Origin: an uncultured Gammaproteobacteria bacterium
GTDB lineage: Bacteria; Patescibacteriota; Patescibacteriia; UBA11705
Reading direction: 5' to 3'
DNA: 64,000 bases
Assembly: GCA_964413735.1 (NCBI GenBank)
Contig: CAYPSS010000001.1
Span: 56,237 to 120,236, forward strand
This document shows positions 36,921 through 45,589 of this stretch, in pieces. The notes below the pieces were generated by a model that had not been told where the DNA came from, did not search any database, and saw only the letters and a program-made list of their open reading frames with translations. Position 1 is the first letter of the stretch. Every line of letters starts with the position of its first letter. A program made the translations under genes and the position numbers.

Positions 36921-37184
36921 TCACTTCACCGGATCATTCCCACCCTTACTCCACGGATTACACCTCATAATCCGCCAAATCGCCTTAACCCCACCCACAA
37001 TCACCCCATATTTCTCAATCGCCTGATACCCATATTGGGAACAAGTGGGATGAAAACGACAAAAACCATACGGATACCAGGATTTTAAGGGACCGTGGTC
37101 CGGCGATAAGGTTTTCTGATAAATTTTGATTAATTTCAAGACCAGAAAACGCGGATAAAATTTAAAAGTGTTGAATATTTTCAT
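36921..37184 (-). CDS. yidD: Membrane protein insertion efficiency factor YidD
   Basis: 87 aa; LIKIYQKTLSPDHGP...CRFHPTCSQYGYQAIEKYG signature. Confidence 0.85.
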   Translation of the reverse strand: MKIFNTFKFYPRFLVLKLIKIYQKTLSPDHGPLKSWYPYGFCRFHPTCSQYGYQAIEKYGVIVGGVKAIWRIMRCNPWSKGGNDPVK

Positions 37185-37535
37185 TTATTTCACTATTCTT
37201 TTTAATAAAGTTTCTAAATTTCCCTTAATTTGGTCAAATTCCAAAGTTTTGGCTTTTGGTTGCACGACCACCAAAACATCAAAACCCGCCAATGTGGTAA
37301 TTTTTTCTTTGAAAATCTCTCTGATTTGCCGTTTCAATCGATTTCGCACCACCGCTCGATTATCCACCTTGGTATTGATAATAATCCCTAAGCGAAAATT
37401 CGTCTTATCTCCTCTTAATACTTTAATAACAAAAAACGGATCCGAAGCTGATAACCCCTTTTTTAATTTGAAACTTTTACCGAAAAATTCGTCAATTTCC
37501 TTTTTCTTGTTAATGCGATTCTTTGCTTTTAACAT
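37185..37535 (-). CDS. rnpA: Ribonuclease P protein component
   Basis: 116 aa; RLGIIINTKVDNRAVVRNRLKRQIRE conserved RNR motif region; immediately downstream of rpmH. Confidence 0.85.
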   Translation of the reverse strand: MLKAKNRINKKKEIDEFFGKSFKLKKGLSASDPFFVIKVLRGDKTNFRLGIIINTKVDNRAVVRNRLKRQIREIFKEKITTLAGFDVLVVVQPKAKTLEFDQIKGNLETLLKRIVK

Positions 37536-37563
37536 ATATATAATGATACCAAGTTTTATAATT

Positions 37564-37588
37564 CAAAAAAAGTCCCTGGCCGGGACTT
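37564..37588 (-). terminator. Hairpin terminator/attenuator between rpmH and rnpA
   Basis: agtccctggccgggact palindrome with adjacent A/T runs. Confidence 0.4.
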
Positions 37589-37592
37589 TCTT

Positions 37593-37739
37593 TTATCTAT
37601 CAGATGTAGTTAAACTTTTGCGACCGCGAACTCGTCGTCGTTTCAACACTTTGCGGCCGTTTTTCGTACTCATCCGTTCTAAAAAACCGTGTTTCTTGGC
37701 TTTCTTTCTTTTATTTGGCTGATAAGTTCGTTTTGGCAT
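37593..37739 (-). CDS. rpmH: 50S ribosomal protein L34
   Basis: 48 aa [48 protein letters not shown] read on minus strand; absent from the ORF track (shorter than 60 aa); classic rpmH-rnpA-yidD order. Confidence 0.9.
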   Translation of the reverse strand: MPKRTYQPNKRKKAKKHGFLERMSTKNGRKVLKRRRVRGRKSLTTSDR

Positions 37740-37986
37740 AAAAAAAATTTAATATGAGATTAAGAACATAATACCTTATTATCATTATAATGTCAATAGA
37801 AAGGAATTAAGACACCCAAGCCCCTTGTCAAAAAAATTTTAGGTGTGCTAAAATGGAAAACGAGAGTTATCAACAAGTTATTAACACAATACCAACTTTT
37901 CATTGCTTTACGACAGTTTATCCACAATTGTGTTCGTGTTAAAATAGCATTAAGTTAAATTAAATTAAAAATAAAATACTTTATCT
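37740..37986. promoter_or_regulatory. oriC-proximal region upstream of dnaA with DnaA boxes
   Basis: Perfect DnaA box TTATCCACA at 37918-37926; TTATCAACA at 37867-37875; AT-rich; located between rpmH and dnaA. Confidence 0.6.
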
Positions 37987-39378
37987 ATGGAAGATCGCAA
38001 TCAAGCTCTATGGAACGCCGTGTTGGCGGAAATGGAACTTAGCCTTAGTAAAGCCAGTTTTACCACTTGGCTGAAAAACACTTTTATAGTAAAGAACGAA
38101 GATGGCCGAATTGTTATCGGTGTGCCCAACACCTTTTCTCAGGCCTGGCTCAAACAAAAATACCACCAAAACATTTACAAGATTATCCAAGACAAAAGCG
38201 ACGAACGCATCAAGGAAATCATTTATCGGGTGCAAACCTTGAAAAACTACAAAGAAGAAGTGGAACAATTCAAGAAAAATGCGGTTAAAGAAGCTTGTTT
38301 GGACAGCATCCAAGCCAAACCAACCATTATTGAACCAACTTTTTCCGAAAATAACGGTTTAAACAACAAATATACTTTTGACAGTTTTATTGTGGGCAAA
38401 AACAATGAACTGGCCCACGCCGCCGCTAAGGCCGTGGCCCAAAATCCGGGTTTTACTTATAATCCGCTTTTTATTTATGGCGGAGTGGGACTGGGGAAAA
38501 CCCACTTATCCCAAGCCATTGGTAATGAGGTGACCAGAAATAATCCCAGTAAGAAAATTTTGTATGTTACTTGTGAACAATTTACCAATGATTTTATTTC
38601 TTCCATTCAAAGTGGCGCTCCCGAGAAATTTACCAAGGTTTATCGCACCGCTGATGTACTTATTATTGATGATATCCAATTTTTGACCGGTAAAGAAGGC
38701 ACGCAAGAAGCATTTTTTCATACCTTTAATGATTTACATCAGAAAAACAAACAAATTGTTATTACCTCGGATCGTCCACCCAAAGCCATTGCCACACTGG
38801 AAGATCGTTTATTGTCCCGTTTTGAATGGGGTATGATTGCTGATATTTCACAGCCGGACCTGGAAACCAGAATTGCGATTTTGGAAACCAAATGCAGGGA
38901 AAAAGAGTTTAATTTGGAAAGAGAGATCATCCAATACATTACTATGAATATCCAAAACAATGTCCGCGAATTGGAAGGCGCTTTGAATAAAATTATTGCT
39001 TATTATCAATTGAACAATATTTCTCCCACCATGGAAAATGTCAAAAATATTCTATTTTCCATTTCTTCTTCCAGTCGAAAAAACGATTCTGTCACCATTA
39101 AAAAAGTTTTGGAAACCATCAGCACTTTTTATGAAATTTCCACCGATGAAATTACCGGCAAAAGCCGTGAAAAGCGTTATGCCTTGCCTCGTCAAATTAT
39201 TATGTTTTTAATGCGCGAAGAATTAGGATACTCCTATCCAACAATTGGCGCAGAAATCGGTGGCCGAGATCATACCACCGCGATGCATGCTTATTCGAAA
39301 ATCAGTCGTCAAATAGAAAATGACGAAAAACTCCGCCAAGAATTAAATCTCTTGAAACAACGACTTTATTCTTGTTAA
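37987..39378 (+). CDS. dnaA: Chromosomal replication initiator protein DnaA
   Basis: 463 aa; Walker A GGVGLGKTHL, sensor motifs, C-terminal DNA-binding domain (RDHTTAMHA). Confidence 0.95.
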   Translation: MEDRNQALWNAVLAEMELSLSKASFTTWLKNTFIVKNEDGRIVIGVPNTFSQAWLKQKYHQNIYKIIQDKSDERIKEIIYRVQTLKNYKEEVEQFKKNAVKEACLDSIQAKPTIIEPTFSENNGLNNKYTFDSFIVGKNNELAHAAAKAVAQNPGFTYNPLFIYGGVGLGKTHLSQAIGNEVTRNNPSKKILYVTCEQFTNDFISSIQSGAPEKFTKVYRTADVLIIDDIQFLTGKEGTQEAFFHTFNDLHQKNKQIVITSDRPPKAIATLEDRLLSRFEWGMIADISQPDLETRIAILETKCREKEFNLEREIIQYITMNIQNNVRELEGALNKIIAYYQLNNISPTMENVKNILFSISSSSRKNDSVTIKKVLETISTFYEISTDEITGKSREKRYALPRQIIMFLMREELGYSYPTIGAEIGGRDHTTAMHAYSKISRQIENDEKLRQELNLLKQRLYSC

Positions 39379-39638
39379 TAAAATGTGAACAACTGATAAT
39401 TTTTCGTTTATAAGTTTGGGATTAATCAGAACCCAATGTGCACAAAAAAACAGAAAATAACAACAATATTTATTTTTGCTCATTCACCAACAAGGAGTAA
39501 ACAATGATAATAACAAGTGGTGTTAATAGAATTTCCGCTAATTTAAGAAAGGAAAAGCACTTATCCCAATTATCAACACTATTATTATTGTTATTTCTTA
39601 TATATATATTGTGTTTTAATTAATATAATAGGCCTTCT
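39379..39638. promoter_or_regulatory. dnaA-dnaN intergenic AT-rich region with DnaA-box-like sites (possible DUE / second oriC half)
   Basis: TTATCCCAA 39561-39569 and TTATCAACA 39571-39579; long A/T tract 39590-39640. Confidence 0.4.
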
Positions 39639-40757
39639 ATGAAAATAACTTGTACCCAAGAAAATCTCAATCAAGGATTAAACATTACCGGTCATTTGGT
39701 AAATAAAAGTGTTAATCTCCCAATCTTAAACAATCTTTTAATTGAAGCCAAAGAAGGTCAAATTAAATTACTTTCCACTAATTTGGAAATCGGGATCAGT
39801 ACTTTGATCCGAGGAAAAATTGAACAACAAGGAGTGTTTACCGTTGATTCAAAACTTTTGGCTGATTATGTGTCTTTGCTACCAAAAGATAATGTGGAAA
39901 TGGAATTGGTCAAAGATGATTTTCTAAATGTTAAATGCAAAAATAATAATACCAGAATAAAGGGTATCCCGGCGGATGATTTTCCCGTTATTCCGGAAAT
40001 TGAAAAAAAAGATCCTTTTGTTGTTTCCATTAAAGAGCTCAAAATGGCGATCTCTCAAGTTTTGTTTGCGGTTTCCAATAATGATACTCGACCGGAGATT
40101 AGTGGCGTTTTGATGGCATTTGGGGACAATAAATTGATTTTGGTTGGGACCGACAGTTATCGTTTAGCGGAAAAGAAAATTTCCGCTTCTGGCTCCAGTA
40201 AACAAATGCAAGTGATTGTCCCGTTAAAAACTTTGCAAGAGTTGTTGCGTATTTTAAGTGCCATGAAGGAAGATTCGGAATTGGAAAATCTGGATATTTA
40301 TATTTCCGATAATCAAATTTTGTTTGTCATTGATGGTATTGAAATGATTTCTCGTTTGGTTGAGGGAAATTATCCGGATTACAAACAAATTATTCCAACC
40401 GACGCTAAAACTAAAACCGAGGTTAATACCAATGAGTTTGTCAAAATCATTAAAACCACTGCTTTGTTTTCCAAGGTGGGGATCTTTGATATTAAATTGG
40501 AATTTTTACCGGAAAACAAAAGTATTGTTGTTTCTTCCAATAATATTCAGGTTGGTGAAAGTGTTTCCGAGTTGGAAGTTGGATTTTCCGGCGAAAAAAA
40601 CAACACGACTTTAAACTATCGATTTTTGATTGATGGTTTATCAAACATTGGGAGCAGTGAAATTACCTTAGACGTAATTGATAATAATGTCCCTTGTGTG
40701 ATGAAGCCTAAGGGCGATGATAGCTATTTGTATATTATTATGCCGATCAAACAATAG
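39639..40757 (+). CDS. dnaN: DNA polymerase III beta subunit (sliding clamp)
   Basis: 372 aa; three-domain clamp layout, N-terminus MKITCTQENLNQGL, follows dnaA. Confidence 0.9.
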   Translation: MKITCTQENLNQGLNITGHLVNKSVNLPILNNLLIEAKEGQIKLLSTNLEIGISTLIRGKIEQQGVFTVDSKLLADYVSLLPKDNVEMELVKDDFLNVKCKNNNTRIKGIPADDFPVIPEIEKKDPFVVSIKELKMAISQVLFAVSNNDTRPEISGVLMAFGDNKLILVGTDSYRLAEKKISASGSSKQMQVIVPLKTLQELLRILSAMKEDSELENLDIYISDNQILFVIDGIEMISRLVEGNYPDYKQIIPTDAKTKTEVNTNEFVKIIKTTALFSKVGIFDIKLEFLPENKSIVVSSNNIQVGESVSELEVGFSGEKNNTTLNYRFLIDGLSNIGSSEITLDVIDNNVPCVMKPKGDDSYLYIIMPIKQ

Positions 40758-40771
40758 ATTATAAATAAAAA

Positions 40772-40797
40772 GACCGTCGCTTTCCGACGGTTTTTTT
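40772..40797 (+). terminator. Rho-independent terminator after dnaN
   Basis: accgtcg ctttc cgacggt hairpin plus TTTTTTT. Confidence 0.6.
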
Positions 40798-40808
40798 GTA
40801 GAAAAAAT

Positions 40809-41621
40809 TTACAAAGTTTTTACGTATTTTCTATAAGCAATAATCAGTAAAATTGGAAAAATTGTATAACAGGCAATTACATATGAAATCAAGATAAAAG
40901 GATTTATATCTGCCAGTCCTTTATAATAAATAGCTGAAATGGTCATTATAGGAAGCTTCCAAAAATCATTCGTTCCATAGGGATAAACACTAATTATTGT
41001 CATAAGTAAGGATATTTTAATAAAATAAAGAATCCACCCAATATAATCTTTCTGATTTTCTGTTTCTTTGAATAAAAACAACTTGTATGTTTGCTTTTTG
41101 TTGATTAAGTTATTCCAGATAAATAATCCGGGCAAAACAAGGCAAAATCCACTAATAATCACTATTGAAGTGTAAATTACGTTTAAAGATTTGTTCTTTA
41201 CCCAATGATTCTTTGGTTCCCAATATTCATGAGTTTTGAGGCTGTTTGGTTTGTGTAATCGCAATAAATACAAAATAATAATGTTAATTATAATAACAAC
41301 AAATGGTCCGGAAACGCTAAGAGCAAGATATTTTCCATTGATTGTATAGATTAAACCAAAATAACCTTCGGCCATTATTTTAACATAAGAACCATTAAAA
41401 GGGTTTAACCCAAGAATTAGGGGGGTACCTGCAATTGATGTTTGTATTTTTGTAAAACCTTCACAAATAACAATTTCCTTAACAGGCACATTGTAAAGTT
41501 TCATAATTGCAAAATGTCCCATTTCATGAATGAATGAAGTTGTATACAAAAACACAGAAGTGAAAATAATTAACTGCAAGGTTAAAACAAATAATTCCGT
41601 TATCTTGTTGCTTTTTCCCAT
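40809..41621 (-). CDS. Membrane metalloprotease-like protein with HExxH motif (M50/site-2-protease-like)
   Basis: 270 aa; FIHEMGHFAIM HExxH within a TM helix; multiple TM segments. Confidence 0.4.
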   Translation of the reverse strand: MGKSNKITELFVLTLQLIIFTSVFLYTTSFIHEMGHFAIMKLYNVPVKEIVICEGFTKIQTSIAGTPLILGLNPFNGSYVKIMAEGYFGLIYTINGKYLALSVSGPFVVIIINIIILYLLRLHKPNSLKTHEYWEPKNHWVKNKSLNVIYTSIVIISGFCLVLPGLFIWNNLINKKQTYKLFLFKETENQKDYIGWILYFIKISLLMTIISVYPYGTNDFWKLPIMTISAIYYKGLADINPFILISYVIACYTIFPILLIIAYRKYVKTL

Positions 41622-41738
41622 TTTTTCTCCTTGTTAAGGAACGAAGAACTATTGATTTTATTATAATTTGAGATTTTTGTCAATATTGAGAATGATTATT
41701 TAAAACAAAAGAGCAGTGAAATAATTCACTGCTCTTTA

Positions 41739-42146
41739 TGGTGCCGCGCCCGCCCCGCACCCGAAGTGGTGCGGGGAGCCGGAATCTCACGCGCTCGCAA
41801 CGACCTTGCTCGCTTCAAAAGGGGGATTCCTCCCCCTTTTGGGAACCCCTATCATTACAGATGGGAAACTCCCGTTTCCCATACCCTTCCCGTTCGATTC
41901 CGGATTAATAAAAAAACAATCCTTCTTGCGAAGAATTGTTTTTGGTGCCGCGCGTGCCCCGTACCCGAAGTGGTGCGGGGAGCCGGAATCTCACGCGCTC
42001 GCAACGACCTTGCTCGCTTCAAAAGGGGGATTCCTCCCCCTTTTGGGAACCCCTATCATTACAGATGGGAAACTCCCGTTTCCCATACCCTTCCCGTTCG
42101 ATTCCGGATTAATAAAAAAACAATCCTTCTTGCGAAGAATTGTTTT
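41739..42146. repeat. Two tandem 204-bp repeats, each beginning with a copy of the tRNA-Leu 3' end (CGCGGCACCA / AGCCGGAATC) interrupted by a GC-rich hairpin
   Basis: Units 41739-41942 and 41943-42146, about 97 percent identical, abutting the 3' end of tRNA-Leu(UAA); each contains a terminator-like hairpin plus T-run and a T-arm-like GTTCGATTCC box; ORFs 41766..42185 and 41806..42201 are repeat artefacts. Confidence 0.8.
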
Positions 42147-42234
42147 TGGTGCCGCGAGCCGGAATCGAACCGGCATGGAGTATAAGTCCGCTGGATTTTA
42201 AGTCCAGTGCGTCTACCAGTTCCGCCATCGCGGC
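42147..42234 (-). tRNA. tRNA-Leu (anticodon UAA), type II with long variable arm, CCA encoded
   Basis: GCCGCGATGGCGGAACTGGTAGACGCACTGGACTTAAAATCCAGCGGACTTATACTCCATGCCGGTTCGATTCCGGCTCGCGGCACCA; cloverleaf folds with anticodon loop CTTAAAA. Confidence 0.85.
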
Positions 42235-42237
42235 ACG

Positions 42238-42471
42238 TTAGAAGGACTTTAAAAACTCTTTTCCACAACAAGATTTCAAGTATTTCTCATGAGTTCTAGC
42301 TTCTTTCCTTGTTTCAAAGTTTTTAGTATAAATAACAACGAATGGTATGTATGGCCTTGTTGTTTTTTCTTTACCTGAATTATGTTGATAAAAACGTTTT
42401 TCAAGATTATTGGTTAAACCCACATAAATATAATTTTTTATTGTGCTTTTAATTGCATAAACATTATACAT
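42238..42471 (-). CDS. Small GIY-YIG nuclease family protein (YhbQ/UPF0213-like)
   Basis: 77 aa from MYNVYAIKS...; motif YIYVGLTNNLEKRFYQHNSG...R...E conserved; the ORF-track call (42238..42555) extends upstream through a tRNA-derived repeat and is probably too long. Confidence 0.55.
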   Translation of the reverse strand: MYNVYAIKSTIKNYIYVGLTNNLEKRFYQHNSGKEKTTRPYIPFVVIYTKNFETRKEARTHEKYLKSCCGKEFLKSF

Positions 42472-42480
42472 ATATAGATT

Positions 42481-42577
42481 TATCCAGTGCGCCTGCCTGC
42501 CGGCCCGCTCCGCCCGCGTAGCGAGGCGAGCAGGCAGATCTACCAGTTCCGCCATCGCGGCACGTTAGAAGGACTTT
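42481..42577. repeat. Partial duplicate of tRNA-Leu 5' half (acceptor plus D arm) interrupted by a 46-nt GC-rich hairpin, plus 14 nt of tRNA 5' flank
   Basis: tctaccagttccgccatcgcggcacgttagaaggactttt at 42538-42577 matches 42219-42258; insertion cctgcctgccggcccgctccgcccgcgtagcgaggcgagcaggcag; continues with GCGCACTGGA then diverges. Confidence 0.75.
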
Positions 42578-42689
42578 TGGACAAGAAAAATATTGTTTAA
42601 GAGCATTTGAAAAAAATTAAACTCTGAATAACAGAGTATAATCAGATCAATTATTTAAAGTAATAGGATACGTTTTTTAAAATTATCTT

Positions 42690-42880
42690 TCACCCGTTCA
42701 CTAATTAACTTTTGGAGCGGTAGAACGGGCTCCCCTCGATCCTTCGATGAGCTCAGGACTCGGGGTAAACTTCTCACCCGTTCACTAATTAACTTTTGGA
42801 GCGGTAGAACGGGCTCCCCTCGATCCTTCGATGAGCTCAGGACTCGGGGTAAACTTCTCACCCGTTCACTAATTTACTTT
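42690..42880. repeat. Two tandem 84-bp repeats each ending with a copy of the 20-nt 3' end of tRNA-Gly (GAGCCCGTTCTACCGCTCCA)
   Basis: tggagcggtagaacgggctc at 42713, 42797 and in the true tRNA at 42881; ORF 42655..42861 is a repeat artefact. Confidence 0.8.
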
Positions 42881-42956
<76 letters not shown>

Positions 42957-43025
42957 CCAATTGACGAAAATAATTATAGCAAAAACAAACAATAAGTCAA
43001 GCATAGATAAAACTAGTGGTAAGGG

Positions 43026-44708
43026 CTATTTTTGCATTTTACTCAATGATTTTATTTGATTGCGAATTTGTTTAATGGTATTTTTATCGTTAACAGAAAG
43101 GGCTTTGCCTTTGTTATTGGCCTTAATTAACATGATTTTTTGTAAATAGGCTTCAATTAAATTTTGGGTTAATGATTCAATGCTTTGGTTGTCCGTTTTT
43201 TTATTACTCTTTCTTTTTCGCGCAATTAAAATTATCAAAATTACCAATAAAATTAAATTGATAATACTTAAGATTGCCGCGCCATAGAATAAAATATTTT
43301 CTTTGGTGAAAATTGGCGGTTTTTCAATTACGTCAAAGGTGATCTTATTACCATAGATTGTTTCCGTTGATTCAGGCAGCAATAATTGGGCAAAAGCCTC
43401 ATAATTGCCAATTGATAATTTCTTGGTTTCAAACATGAAAATACCATGTTCATCGGTTTTGATTATTTGTGGGGTTGGCTCCTCGCCAATTTTATTTAAC
43501 CAAAAAGTAATGTTGGTGTTTGGTAATGATTGGCCAATAATGGTGTTTTTTTCTCCGTCAAAAATCGTTTCAAAGTAATCGGTGATTTCTGGCGCAGAAA
43601 CTTTAATGAAAACCGATGTGGTTTTTTCGTTAGTATTTCCGGCTTGATCAAAGGCGATTATTTTCACTTGAACTTCCCCTTTTGGGATATTGGTGATTTC
43701 CAAAAAATCATTTATAGCTTGGTCCGGTAGCAGGGTTATCGGCGCTTGGTTATTGAGAGAAACTTCATATTTGGCAATGCCGGAGATTTCGTCTGAAGCA
43801 GTAATTTTAATTTTTAATAAGTTGGTACTGGCCGATTGTTCATCAAAAGAGATTTCCGTTATTTGTGGCGCGGTTGTATCAATGTTAAAGGGAAATTCCG
43901 CAATATTACCCCAGCCTTTTTCGTTTCTCATTTGCGCACTAAAAAAATATTGGCCATCCGGTAATGGATCCAGGGCTCTTTCCCAAATTGGTGGTGTATA
44001 AATAACGGTTGGTTGTTGCCCGGTTGTTTGATTTAAGCCAAATCGAATAGCATTTGCTTGGTTGTTTGGTTGAATTTTGATTATTGGGCTATTGTTGCTA
44101 TACCAAGCATCTTTATTTGAATGGGTGTCAGAAAAAATATTCGGTGCGCTGATAATTGGAACAGTTTCTTCGGTTATGGGTTTTTCTTCTGGTGGCGCGG
44201 TTTCTTCAACGATTGACAAAGTGGCGGTGCCGGCTCCGGTAAAAACCGAAGTGCCTTCACCATCATTGGCTAAAATTTGAGAACCGGAAAAGGTCAGGGT
44301 GGTTTGCCCGGCTTTTTTTGTTCGCAAACTGACGGTCAAAATTTTTCCTCCCCCACCGGTATACCCGGGATTCATAATTATACCGTCAAAGTTAATTGTT
44401 CCGCCGGCATTGGAAAAAGAAGGCTCAGTTGCCCAAAAAGAAATAATTGAGCCACCCTTGTTAATCCCGGTTACCTCCAAAAAAGTGGAATCAAATTTAA
44501 TGGTACTGGAAACCGCATTAATCGCTTGATCAGTGGAAGATACGTAAATTCCATAAGTAACGGTTTCAGCCGGTTTGGCGGTTTTGTTGCCGGAAAAATA
44601 AAAACTGGCCGCCATTAATTGATTAAACGGAGATAAAATTAAGAGAAAACAAACAAGGGCAATAATTATTTTTGTTTTTGTCGCGAACATTTTGTTTTTA
44701 ATTTCCAA
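43026..44708 (-). CDS. Cell-surface protein with N-terminal cohesin-like domain, Ig-like/fibronectin-like repeats and C-terminal TM anchor
   Basis: 560 aa; signal peptide; cohesin-like block TVTYGIYVSST...IKFDSTFLEVTGINKGGSIISFWATEP...GKILTVSLRTKKAGQTTLTFSGSQIL; C-terminal hydrophobic anchor followed by basic coiled tail. Confidence 0.45.
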   Translation of the reverse strand: MEIKNKMFATKTKIIIALVCFLLILSPFNQLMAASFYFSGNKTAKPAETVTYGIYVSSTDQAINAVSSTIKFDSTFLEVTGINKGGSIISFWATEPSFSNAGGTINFDGIIMNPGYTGGGGKILTVSLRTKKAGQTTLTFSGSQILANDGEGTSVFTGAGTATLSIVEETAPPEEKPITEETVPIISAPNIFSDTHSNKDAWYSNNSPIIKIQPNNQANAIRFGLNQTTGQQPTVIYTPPIWERALDPLPDGQYFFSAQMRNEKGWGNIAEFPFNIDTTAPQITEISFDEQSASTNLLKIKITASDEISGIAKYEVSLNNQAPITLLPDQAINDFLEITNIPKGEVQVKIIAFDQAGNTNEKTTSVFIKVSAPEITDYFETIFDGEKNTIIGQSLPNTNITFWLNKIGEEPTPQIIKTDEHGIFMFETKKLSIGNYEAFAQLLLPESTETIYGNKITFDVIEKPPIFTKENILFYGAAILSIINLILLVILIILIARKRKSNKKTDNQSIESLTQNLIEAYLQKIMLIKANNKGKALSVNDKNTIKQIRNQIKSLSKMQK

Positions 44709-45589
44709 ATGATCAAAGTTGATATTAAGATTAGTACTATTATTATAACAGAAAAATAATATTTTGTATTATCAAGTGGTTTTGTTTGCGGATAAATAAT
44801 CGCCAACCTTTTATTACCGGCCTTGTCTACCGCTTCGATCAAAACATAGCTGGATAATTTTTGATCGTGTAAAATATATGGACTTTCCGCTTTTTTCCAT
44901 TGAGAATTTCTTAATGGTGAAATTTTTCCATTAGAATCTCTGGTAATTCTCTTTGTTTCCGCTACTTGATAATAATCAATACCACTACCCTTGTCTTTGG
45001 TATCAAAAACCAAAATGTATTGACCATTATAAATATCCGGATCAGAAAATACTTTGGGATAAAAATTTTCCGGTGGATATAAATCATTTATTTCCGGTTC
45101 TTCACTATCACTTTCCGGCAAGGTGATTGTTCGAGAATTTTGAGTGAAATTATTAATTGTTCCCAGTCCGTCATTAAGAAAATAAGCTCCTTGAGCGGTT
45201 TCAATAATAATTTCTGATAAATTTTCCAAGGCTTGAAAGTTGACTGATAAAATTTCACCGGTTTCTTGTGCTATTCCGCCCGGTGTAATACCGGAAAAAG
45301 AAATTTTGTTATTGGAAATCATCGGTTTATCTACCCAAAAATCAATTACGGAGTTGGTGGTGGAAATGTTGGCATTTTTTAAGTTAAGATTTTTAATTGT
45401 TATTTCACCTTCTATGGTATTGAATGTTTCATGGTTGTCTATGAAAAATATTTGTAATAGATAAGTTTGATTTTTTTTGCTAACTTGATAATCAAAATCA
45501 AAGGCCCAAGAAATATTTGGGATAATCAGCAGGGTGAAAACAAATATCATTAAAAAATAAATTTTTTTCATATTGATTAGCCATTCCAA
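44666..45589 (-). CDS. Cell-surface protein with N-terminal cohesin-like domain and C-terminal TM anchor (paralog of 43026..44708)
   Basis: 307 aa; ...NSVIDFWVDKP...GEILSVNFQALE cohesin-like block parallel to neighbour; C-terminal TM plus KTKCSRQKQK. Confidence 0.45.
   Translation of the reverse strand: MEWLINMKKIYFLMIFVFTLLIIPNISWAFDFDYQVSKKNQTYLLQIFFIDNHETFNTIEGEITIKNLNLKNANISTTNSVIDFWVDKPMISNNKISFSGITPGGIAQETGEILSVNFQALENLSEIIIETAQGAYFLNDGLGTINNFTQNSRTITLPESDSEEPEINDLYPPENFYPKVFSDPDIYNGQYILVFDTKDKGSGIDYYQVAETKRITRDSNGKISPLRNSQWKKAESPYILHDQKLSSYVLIEAVDKAGNKRLAIIYPQTKPLDNTKYYFSVIIIVLILISTLIIWKLKTKCSRQKQK

Noticed and set aside
37168-37722. 184-aa ORF on the + strand
   Set aside because: It is antisense to rnpA and rpmH, which have clear conserved protein signatures, and its low-complexity sequence marks it as spurious.
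41766-42201. ORFs of 139 aa and 131 aa on the + strand and 61/70 aa on the - strand
   Set aside because: They span the two 204-bp tandem repeats and the tRNA-Leu gene. Their proteins are internally duplicated because the DNA is duplicated, which makes them translation artefacts of a non-coding repeat region.
42472-42555. N-terminal 28 residues of the ORF-track call for the GIY-YIG gene (MAELVDLPARLATRAERAGRQAHWINLY)
   Set aside because: This extension is the translation of the tRNA-Leu 5' fragment plus GC-rich hairpin. The conserved GIY-YIG domain begins at the internal Met (MYNVYAIK), giving a typical 77-aa YhbQ-like protein.
42147-42580. Group I intron in tRNA-Leu(UAA) carrying a GIY-YIG homing endonuclease
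   Set aside because: The downstream tRNA-Leu is intact and uninterrupted. The upstream fragment breaks in the D-arm/anticodon-stem region rather than in the anticodon loop, and the GIY-YIG protein is the small YhbQ-like type, not an I-TevI-like homing endonuclease. No intron core (P3-P9) is evident.
42655-42861. 68-aa ORF with internally repeated sequence (RSLPRVLSSSKDRGEPVLPLQKLISERV twice)
   Set aside because: It is a direct translation of the 84-bp tandem repeats derived from the tRNA-Gly 3' end, and is not a gene.
41739-42880. Possibility that the tandem repeats near the tRNAs are a CRISPR array
   Set aside because: Units are 204 bp and 84 bp with no unique spacers between short repeats. 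Each unit is a full copy of the neighbour, with no cas genes nearby. They are tRNA 3'-end-seeded tandem duplications.
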